The position numbers and the translations under genes are program-made. Below are positions 53,811 through 64,000 of a stretch of DNA of 64,000 nucleotides, one piece after another. The DNA lies in contig NC_043014.1 of NCBI RefSeq assembly GCF_006345805.1, forward strand, positions 37,820,001 to 37,884,000, given 5' to 3'. Position 1 is the first letter of the stretch. Each line of letters opens with the position of its first letter. This DNA comes from Octopus sinensis. Lineage: Eukaryota. The notes beneath the pieces are model-generated. The model saw only the letters and a list, made by a program, of their open reading frames with translations, ran no database searches and had not been told where the DNA came from.

Positions 53811-53883
53811 ACTTCCAATAATTCAGTGTCAAATTATGAAATTTCCTTGTTTGTTTTGCAAAATAGTGGTTTTGTCTCGAATA

Positions 53884-53931
<48 letters not shown>

Positions 53932-54989
53932 ATATCCAGAAGTTACGTTCTGATTTCAAATTCCGCTGAGGTCGACTTTGCCTTTCATCCTTTCGAGGTT
54001 GATAAATTAAGTACCATTTACGCACTGGGGTCGATGTAATCGACTTAATCTGTTTGTCTGTCCTTGTTTGTCCCCTCTATGTTTAGCCCCTTGTGGGCAA
54101 TAAAGAAATAAGAAATATAATAATTGTTTCTAATTTAAGCACAAGGCCAGCAAATTGGTGGCGGGAGTGGTTAAGTCAATATCATCGATTCCACTTCTTG
54201 ACTGGCACATATTTTGTCGACTCCGAAAGGATGAAAGACAAAATTAACCTCGGATGAAGTTGCATTCAGAATGCAAAGAAGGGCCAAAAGAAAAGCTGCA
54301 AAAGTATTTTGTCTGACGCCCTAGTGATTCTGCCAATAATCTTTTCTGCTATGGAAGCAAGGTCTGAAATTTTGTGGGAGAGGCTTAGTCGATTACATCT
54401 ATCCCAGTGCTCGTATCAACTTGGTTGGGACCCCCTTCGGTCATGACTGACCGTGGGTTTGCACCTAGAAAGTTACCCTCCAAGGGTAATCCAAGGGAAA
54501 GGCAAAGGGGCCGATACAGCTTGGCACCTGTGACGTCGCAATTCATTTCTACAGCTGAGTGAACTGGAGCAACGTGAAATAAAGTGTCTTGCTCAAGAAC
54601 ACAACACACAGCCCGGTCCGGGATTCGACCTCACAATCTCACGATCGTAAGCTCGATGCTCTAACCACTGAACCATGCGCCTTCACTAGTATCAACTAGT
54701 ACCTATTTTATCGACCTCGAAAAGATGAGAGGAAAAGTCGACCTCGGCGGAATTTGAACTCAGAACGCGAAGCTGGAAAAAATGCCTCTATACATTTTGT
54801 CCGGCGCAATAAGATTCTGCTACTAATAATAATTTAAAAAAAAATACTTGAAGTGGCAAACAACATTTTAGAGTAAAAAAAAAAAAATGTAAAAATAATA
54901 CCTTGGAAGAATGAGTTAAAAATGGATTTGTTACAGAAATATGTTCGAGATTTCTTCATTCAGAGAATGTAATCTGTAAAGAAAAATTT

Positions 54990-55091
54990 AATACACAAGT
55001 TAAATAATAGTAATAATAATAATAATGATAATAATAATAATGATAATAATAATAATAACAAGTTAAATAATAATAATAATAAATAATAATA

Positions 55092-55174
<83 letters not shown>

Positions 55175-55280
55175 ATAATAATAATAATAATAATAACAAC
55201 AATAATAATGATAACAATAATAATAATAACAATAACAATAATAATAATAATAACAACAATAACAACAACAACAATAATAA
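54990..55280. repeat. Compound (AAT)n-(AGT)n-(AAC)n microsatellite; similar long arrays at 22514-22660, 25890-26060, 39225-39385 and 62758-62832, and long (TA)n at 18900-19205
   Basis: Direct reading. Confidence 0.95.
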
Positions 55281-56460
55281 GGATTTCAAATTTTGGCACA
55301 AACTCAGCAATTTCGGGGAGGGGATAAGTCGATTGCATCGACCCCAGTGTTGAACTGGTACTTATTTTATCGACCCTGAAAGGATGAAAGGCAAAGTCGA
55401 CTTCGGCGGAATTTGAACTCAGAACGTACAGACTGACGAAATGCCTATTTCTTTTTCTTTATTACCCACAAGGGGCTAAACACAGAGGGGACAAACAAGG
55501 ACAGACATAGGTATTAAGTCGATAACATCGACCCCAGTGCGTAACTGGTACTTAATTTATCGACCCCGAAAGGATGAAAGGCAAAGTCAACCTCGGCGGA
55601 ATTTGAACTCACAACGTAACGCAGACGAAATACCGCTAAGCATTTCGCCCGGCGTGCTAACGTTTCTGCCAGCTCGCTTCTTTTATAATAATAATCCTTT
55701 CTGCTATAGGCGCAAGGCCTGAAATATTTGGGGAGGGGACTAGTCGATTACATCGATCCCAGAATTTCACTGGTACATGATTTATCAACCTCGAAAGGAT
55801 GAAAGGCAAAGTTGACTCCTGTGCAATTTGAACTCAGAACGTAGCGACTGGCGAAATACCTATTTCTATTTTTTTACTACCCACAAGGTGCTAAACACAT
55901 AGAGGACAAACAATGACAGACAAACGGATTAAGTCGATTATATCGACCCCGGTGTGTAACTGGTACTTATTTAATCGACCCCGAAAGGATGAAAAGCAAA
56001 GTCGACCTCGGCGGAATTTGAACTCAGAACGTAACGGCAGACGAAATACCTATTTCTTTAATACACACAAATGGCTAAACACAGAGAGGACAAACAAGGA
56101 CAGACAAACGGATTAAGTCGATTATATCGACCCCAGTGCGTAACTGGTACTAAATTTATCGACCCTGAAAGGATGAAAGGCAAAGTCGGCCTCGGCAGAA
56201 TTTGAACTCAGAACGTAACGGAAGACGAAATACCGCTAAGCATTTCGCCCGGCATGCTAACGTTTCTGCCAGCTCGCCGCCTTATCCTTTCTAGTTAAGG
56301 CACAAGGCCTGAAATTTTAGGGGAGGGGGACTAGTCGATTATATCGACCCCAGTGTTCAACTGGTACTTAATTTATCGGCTCCAAAAGGATGAAACGCAA
56401 AAGTACCACGAAGTACCACTAAACATTTCGCCCAGCGTACTAATAATTCCGCCAGCTCGT
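55280..56460 (-). mobile_element. SINE family B tandem cluster (core ctttcatcctttcggggtcgataaattaagtaccag). Other copies at 12115-12710, 30003-30210, 46776-47066, 49750-49992, 53118-54110 and 62835-63775
   Basis: Repeated 170-190-bp modules, often head-less and in tandem. Confidence 0.88.
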
Positions 56461-56715
56461 GACCGTCTAATTTTTGAAATGGATTCCATGAGAGAAGTTT
56501 GCTACTGTGGCATACAAAGATATATTTAAAAGAGTTCTGGACATTTGGTAACAAACACATATATTTCATTTTATTTCTGTTACTTAGTGGTATTGAACAC
56601 TTTTCTGACAAATGCCTCACTTTTGGGCTGGCCGAAGATTAAACGTGAGAAGCACGTGTTTTTTGTTAATTATCTATATATTCATGCACATCACTCACTC
56701 ACTCTGTGTATGTGC

Positions 56716-56785
<70 letters not shown>

Positions 56786-57560
56786 CACTTGCTAGTACAA
56801 ACAGCAACAATTTGATATTCGGATAACAAAATTAACACTAACACCATCCATCATTAGTGATAACAACAATGCCCCCACCCTCTCTTTCTTACGCGCGTGT
56901 ACACACACACACGCATGCACGCTTGTTTGCGAAACAAACATAGTGAAAAAGATAGTAGTTTTAGCCTTGCGCTCTAGCATTTTTTTAAAAAGGAAACTTG
57001 GCACAAAAGAAATTACTTTAAACTTGCGAAAATAAAATTCGGGATGCCTTATATATTTTATATAGATGCAGATGTGTTACCTAAGATTAATTTTGAGGAT
57101 CTGATCAAAGACTTTGCAATTCAAAAAAGTAGGAAGAAACTTTTCAAATATAAATAAAGTGGAAGTATACAAAAATAAACATTATTTTCCCTCTTACTGT
57201 TTTGTTTCATTTTGAAAAATAAAAATTTATTTTATGGTTTGTTATTGTTTGTATTTTGAATTACATAATCTTTTATGGGGACACCAAAATCTTTTAAGTG
57301 CTTAGGGCCTCGATGGGTCTCAATCCGGCCCTGCTCTTTCTCTATCGCTCTCTCTCTCTCTTTATATGTATATATACATATACAAAAATGGGACAAGAAC
57401 GCAAAACATCCAGAAAGTTAGGTGAAACAAAAAAGGGACAACAAAATATCTAGACAGACGAGACAAAGAAAACAAGGACGGATCATTCGGAGTTTTCTAT
57501 CCTCAGTCGAGTTCCAGATTATCTTTGCAATTTCGGCTGGTTATACTCGAGATTGCTCCA

Positions 57561-57596
<36 letters not shown>

Positions 57597-58051
57597 ATGT
57601 GTGTGTGTGTGTGTGTGTATGTGTGTGTGTGTATGTGTGTGTATGTGTGTGTGTGTGGTGTGTGTGTGTGTGTGTTAAATAAAATGAGACACCAAAACTC
57701 AAAGACAAGGCTGTGTGGAATTTTTAGGACATTTATAAAGAGAAAGTTAGTTTTACGGCTGTTTCTCGGATATTAAGGATATACCTTCATCAGAGACGAT
57801 GTGAGATGGTCAAATAGAGGGAAATATTAGAGTTCAATATAAGGAGTTATTTGGAAAAGGAAGGAAATAAGGAGTACATAGGGGAATAAGAGAATGAATG
57901 TAAAAAATAAATAAAAATAAACATATATAAAGATGTGTATGGCATGTAGCTTCAACCGTGTTTTCTGACGTGAATTTGCTACCCGGGTATCGGTTACCGA
58001 ATTGTCCATACTAGGATAATTCATTCACCTACTTATTATAATATAAATATA

Positions 58052-58104
<53 letters not shown>

Positions 58105-58265
58105 TACGACGGGCTTCTTTCAGTTTCCGTCTACAAAATCCACTCACAGGCTTTGGTCGGCCCGAGGCTATAGTAGAAGACACTTGCCCAAGTGCCACGC
58201 AGTGGGACTGAACCCGGAACCATGTGGTTGGTAAACAAGCTACTTACCACACCGCCACTCCTGCG

Positions 58266-58322
<57 letters not shown>

Positions 58323-58331
58323 TATATATCT

Positions 58332-58415
<84 letters not shown>

Positions 58416-58419
58416 GGAA

Positions 58420-59000
58420 CGGTTTCTCTTCTGTTTTCTGGGGGGGGGGGGAATCGTTTCGCTGGCCAGATGGTACATTTGCTGTTAACATCCGCTTTTT
58501 GAAGAACTGGACATGTCGTGTCAGAGGCCACGGTGTTTCTTGCACTTCCTTGACAGCGACCAGGTGAGGTCACTGTTTACTAGACGCACTTTACCGCAGC
58601 TTGTCTCTTTGGCAGAACTACAGTCCTGAATTTAAACGTAGACTGAGGTAAAGGTGTCTGGTACCCTGAGTGTCGTCAGATTTTCACATCTCTTTGCCAG
58701 TCCGGAAATGCCGTCGGTGGATGTTCCGCCATGGCGTTCTGCATAGGATTAGTGGTAGGTAAGAGCGAAGACATCCTCTGGATGAATGAAGACCTCCTCC
58801 CCCTCCCCCTCCCCCTCCTCTTCACCCCCTCCTCCTCCCCACTCCTCCTCCTCCTCATCATCATCATCAAAAAAGGAACCACAAGTCTGAGAAGCTTCTT
58901 TTGATATGTTTGTGCTAGATGTGAAGAGACGCAAACACATAAAAACTTAATTGCATTCTTCCCGCTGTATTACCAAGTAAACATTCCGCCTTTCTTCGTT
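58420..59000. promoter_or_regulatory. CpG-rich, apparently unique island with a polypyrimidine (CCT/CCCCCT) tract; candidate promoter or first exon
   Basis: High CpG density and no match to the window's repeats; lies about 6 kb upstream of the SLC16 acceptor at 52321. No TSS evidence. Confidence 0.3.
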
Positions 59001-59456
59001 TTCATTTATGCTTTCTTTTCCGTTTTTCGTGTTTTTTTATTATTATTTATTTCCTTGTTAGACTTGTCTCTGCATGTACACAGAACGACAGCATTCTGAA
59101 GAAAAGAAAATAAACTTTTGATCATATATTTATGTAAGCACATATTCGCATACACGCATCTCGAAATGTGCAGTAGATAAACAGCCGACAACTGATGAAG
59201 GGTCATTCTTTATGTTACTTGTCTTGTTTTCCATTTGTTTCTTTCGTTGTTCGGAAAAAAAATTCGTATTCCATGTTTTCGTATTTCATGTTCCTTATGT
59301 TTTATGACGTCTTGTACCCAATATATGCATATGTATATATACATTTAAATGTAAGTATGTACATATATGTATGGATATATTCATATATATATATATATAT
59401 ATATATTAGTTTTATTATTATATGATTGAACGCCACGCATCCATTTCCAAGTAAGT

Positions 59457-59523
<67 letters not shown>

Positions 59524-59607
59524 ATATACATACAACATACTACATACATACATACATCCATACATATAGATGTATGTATGTATTTATGTATGTATGTATG
59601 TATATTT

Positions 59608-59683
<76 letters not shown>

Positions 59684-59928
59684 GACGATCAGAAAAAAAA
59701 AATATATATAGGGAGAGTTTACGAAAAAACAAAAGACGAAGACAGGTGGTGTACAAAACAACAGATGTATTAGTATAACTCTCAGAATAGAAAAAGTCTT
59801 TTACGTTTCGAGCCTACGCTCTTCTACAGGAGGGACACAGAAAGAGCAAGGAGAGAAACAAAGAGAGAAAAAAGGAGAAAAAAATGTGTGTAGTGGCTAA
59901 CAATCTATGTATAAATACACATACATAC

Positions 59929-59984
<56 letters not shown>

Positions 59985-60330
59985 ACACCCACATATTATA
60001 TATATATATATTATATATATAGATAATATGATACAATATAATATAATACACACACCTGCATTCACATACACAGAGAGTAGTTAGATTCGACTTTTGAATT
60101 ACAAGTACATCCGACAGGCTTCTACAAAGTTTTCGTGGACTCAGATTTACTCACAAATCTTGGGCCGATCCGAGGCTATGCTAAAAGTACTTGCCCATGT
60201 TGCAACGAAGTGTAAACGATCCTGGAACCTAATGCTCGCGACACGAGCTTCTTAAGCGTTCGATGATACCTGAAACACACGTCCTGAAACACACACACAC
60301 CACACACACGCATGCATGCACGCACATGCA

Positions 60331-60700
60331 GGATCTTTTCCTTTTGAACGGCACTTTGTAACATAATTTCTAGGGTTAGTTAGGGTTAGGGTTAGGGCTA
60401 GGGGTGGGGGAAGGGTATCTTTTGTCTTCACAAATGTAAATAAACCCAATCTGTTTCTTAAAGAAGGGACTTATTCATTATGCACAGAATGTTATTTACC
60501 TAAATGGAGGTCAGCGATTGGTTAAAATTGCCGAAATGCTCGAAATTAAAGACGAAATATGTTACAACATACAGAATTTTCTCAATAAAGCCAAGAAAAA
60601 AATGATGTTTTATGAACACATTCTACCCGTATACGAAGTTTAAAAGTGTTTAGTTAACTAGAAATTGTGTTGAAAAGTGCCGTTCAAAAGGAAACGATCC
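60331..60700. mobile_element. GGATC-ended MITE with TTAGGG core and 8-bp TSD
   Basis: TIR ggatc(t/g)tttccttttgaacggcacttt; TSD cacatgca/cacatgcg; internal homology to the arms of 47992-48713. Confidence 0.82.
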
Positions 60701-60903
60701 CACATGCGTACATACACACATATGCTTGCGAGTCGAAGACTTCCGTCGTATGTCTACGAAGAATTTAAACATTGGCGAAAGAAGACCATCGAGTTACAGA
60801 AACGCCCCCTCTCGTCATTCGCATTGTCAGAATTTAAATGAATCAATCATCGATCCGTTGGAAACCTGAAACGAACGATGCTATTGTTTACAAATTACAT
60901 TTA

Positions 60904-61310
60904 GGATCTTTTCGGTTTTTGAACGGCAGTTTTTAAAAATAATTTCCATGTAACTAAACACTTTTAAACTGCTAGAATGTGTTTATAAGACATCTTCTTC
61001 TCTTGGCTTTATTGAGAAAATTTTATAGATTGTAAGATATTTGTTGTTTTTTCTTCAATTTCTGCAATTTCAACCAACCAATGACGTCTATTGAGGTGAA
61101 GACATTCTGTTCCTCGTTTAAGAAACAGATTGGGTTTATTTACATTTCTGAAGAAAAAAAATACCCTTCCCCCACTCCTAACCCTAACCATAACTAACCC
61201 TTACCAGCCCTAACCCTAAAACAGGTTGAAATGCAATAGATCGATACTAGGGTCATAATTATGAGTGACAATTTCATATGAAAAAACTGCCGCTCAAACC
61301 GAAAAGATGC
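60904..61310. mobile_element. GGATC-ended MITE of the same family, opposite orientation, exact 8-bp TSD
   Basis: TSD tacattta on both sides; CCCTAA-like core at about 61175-61220. Confidence 0.82.
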
Positions 61311-61993
61311 TACATTTATATAATAAAATACCTCACGTTTCGTTTTTTCAAATTTTATTTAGGTGAGTAGATGAATCAAATGTACTTCTAAAGTAATCAA
61401 GATATAAGTATAACTGTTACTAATACTACCGGAAATATGAGCACATGCGAAATAGTTTCCTTCCTTTCTATTTTTTTTCTTTTTTTGAAAGTCAGAGATG
61501 ATACGTGATACGCCAGCTCGGCTACACGTTGCTACACAGAACATTTTCTGCAGTTTGAAACACTGACATAAAAAAATATATGCATACCAGTTCATATAAA
61601 AGTCTACAGAAACATGCTAAGAGATATTCTGAGCTACGCATGTGTTTAGTTTGGAATATCATTTAATCAGCAAATATTTTTGACGCCAATTTTCCTTTGT
61701 TTCATATCCTGTTAAGGAATAACACTTTTAGGAATTCACACTTTTAGCAATGCATACGTACACAACACACACACACACGCGCGCGTGTGTGTATATATAC
61801 ATACATTCGTATATATATATATATATGTACACACACACATATATACATAGATATCTAGCCATACATACACATCTGCGTATTTAAATGAAATTAATGAATA
61901 AAAAATTTAGTTTAACATTTAATATTAAAATCCTAAAAAGAATCTAATGATAATATAACAGTAAAAGAAACTATTATTATTATTATTATTATT

Positions 61994-62158
61994 GAGTGAG
62001 CGAGCAGAGCATGCCATCAAAGTGACACTGGGGTAAAATATACGAAGCCCAGTATACCCATCATGACTACCCGTCTGATAAGGGTACACCAGGCACATGC
62101 ATCACAACTATATGTGCGCGACATGGTGATCTCATATCAAGATAAACAGCACATGACC

Positions 62159-62205
<47 letters not shown>

Positions 62206-62757
62206 GAGTGTGAGAGCAGTGCATGCCATCAAAGTGACACTGGGTAAAATATACGAAGCCCAGTATACCCATCATCACTAGCCGTCTGATAAGGGTACAC
62301 CAGGTACATGCATCACAACCATATGTGCGCGACATGGTGATCTCATATCAAGATAAACAGCGCATGACCTTGCAGGTGGGGACCAGTTAGAATTTTCTTC
62401 TGGTCGAGTAACCCATCCCGCTCAAAAGGTCCCTGAATAATGGTTGTTTAAGGATGTTGAACGAAACACCCATTGTTCCAGAGGTGAGTTATCCAAACCT
62501 CTAAAAATTCCTTTCAACACATGGCTATGATGCTCCCCCACTACTTCTGCTCGTGATCAGAGATGCACATATCGTCAGCCACTAAGGGACATGCTCAACT
62601 GGTTAAGGTCAAACAATTGACAAGCAAATCTGTAGTATTGAGCAGAATATTTGCTGTAGCCCATCTTTTATACCAAGACAAAACATGTACATGGTGACAC
62701 TTCCAATCAGTTAAGATCAGAAGCCATGAGAGCCACTGTCTGGTACTGCATCAGGGC
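61994..62757 (-). mobile_element. Second copy of the (TAA)n element (62206-62757) plus a 167-bp 3'-end-only copy (61994-62160)
   Basis: Direct sequence match to 25339-25888; three (att)n arrays separate and flank the pieces. Confidence 0.85.
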
Positions 62758-62833
<76 letters not shown>

Positions 62834-63498
62834 CGCATTGGGTCGATATAATCGACTTAATCCGTTTGTCTGTCTTTGTTTGTCATCTTTGTTTTTAGCC
62901 CCTTGTGGGTAGTAAAGAAATAGGTATTTCGTCTGCCGTGACGTTCTGAGTTCAAATTCCGCCGAGGTCGACTTTGCCTTTCATTCTTTCGGGGTCGATT
63001 AAATAAGTACCAGTTACGCACGGGTTTCGATATAATCGACTTAATCCGTTTGTCTGTCCTTGTTTGTCCCCTCTGTGTGTAGCTCCTTATGGGCAGTAAA
63101 GAAATAGAAATAGGTATTTCGTCTGTCGTTATGTTCTGAGTTCAAATTCTGCCGAGGTCGACTTTGCCTTTCATCCCTTCAGAATCAATAAAGTAAGTAC
63201 CAGTTGAGTACTGGGGTCGATGTGATCGACTTCACCCTCTCCACAAAATTCAGGCCTTGTGCCTATAGAATTAGTTGCGAGATGGCAGAATCGTTACAGC
63301 GCCGGAAAGAGTGCTTAACGGAATTTCTTCCGGCTTTAAGTTTTGGGTTCAAATACTGCCGAGACTGGCTTTCTCTTTCACCCTTTCAGGGTCAATGGAA
63401 CTAAGTACTGGTAGAACACTACGGTCAATGTAATCGACTAGTGCCCTTCCCCAAAATTTCGGGCCTTGTGCCTATAATATAAAGGATTATTGTTATTA

Positions 63499-63546
<48 letters not shown>

Positions 63547-64000
63547 GGCGGCGAGCTGGCAGAATCGTTAGCACGCCGGGCGAAATACGTAGCCGTATTT
63601 CGTCTGCCGTTGCGTTCTGAGTTCAAATTCCGCCGAGGTCGACTTTGCCTTTCATCCTTTCGAGGTCGATAAATTAAGTATCAGTTACGCACTGGGGTCG
63701 ATGTAATCGACTTAATCCGTCTGTCTGTCCTTGTTTGTCCCCTCTATGTTTAGCCCCTTGTGGGTAGTAAAGAAACATATTATTATTATTATTATTTACT
63801 TTTTACATAGTCGGACATGCTTTTGTCTCGTCCCTTGAAGTAAGGGATTGTCACTCAATGAAACAGTGTTCTATTGGACTTACTCGTACATAAATAGCGA
63901 CTGAAAGTTTGCTGTCAACCTATTCAGAGTCGAGACTAAGAAAAATAAGTTTGTTAGTAATTATTAAAAAAAAATTATCCCTTATTTTCTTATTCAGTTT

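Noticed and set aside
54960-55338. Long poly-Leu/poly-Ile ORFs and the many YI/CV/HT/poly-M ORFs in the track
   Set aside because: They are translations of (AAT)n, (TA)n, (CA)n and (GAT)n microsatellites, with no splice or homology support.

Overview
AT-rich, microsatellite-dense eukaryotic DNA. The repeat landscape, including three very abundant SINE/RTE-derived families and TTAGGG-type repeats, looks like an octopus genome; this is inferred from remembered repeat families, not from a search. One host gene is supported: a minus-strand SLC16/monocarboxylate-transporter-family (MFS) gene. Five of its coding exons chain in frame through canonical GT-AG sites (52300-52057, 38924-38781, 21929-21654, 7710-7598, 1021-865; 311 codons, TM1-TM7). 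An upstream non-coding or extra exon and the TM8-12 exons are not identified on the minus strand in this window. Most of the remaining annotatable sequence is transposon-derived: a (TAA)n-embedded R4/Dong retroelement, RTE and CR1/L2-like LINE pieces, a mariner relic, several MITEs, Helitron-like elements and many SINEs. The most notable unannotated signals are these. (1) Minimal type I hammerhead ribozyme motifs in Penelope-like repeats within the gene's introns: two have a complete core, one is nearly complete, and one family carries a shared A6U core variant. (2) An inverted, frameshifted SLC16 TM10-like plus C-terminal-tail-like remnant lies next to the last exon. (3) A 550-bp non-coding element inserts with fixed polarity into (TAA)n arrays. 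(4) GGATC-ended MITEs carry telomeric-repeat cores, and one is flanked by a 195-bp direct duplication. Nearly all ORFs in the supplied track are microsatellite or repeat artefacts.
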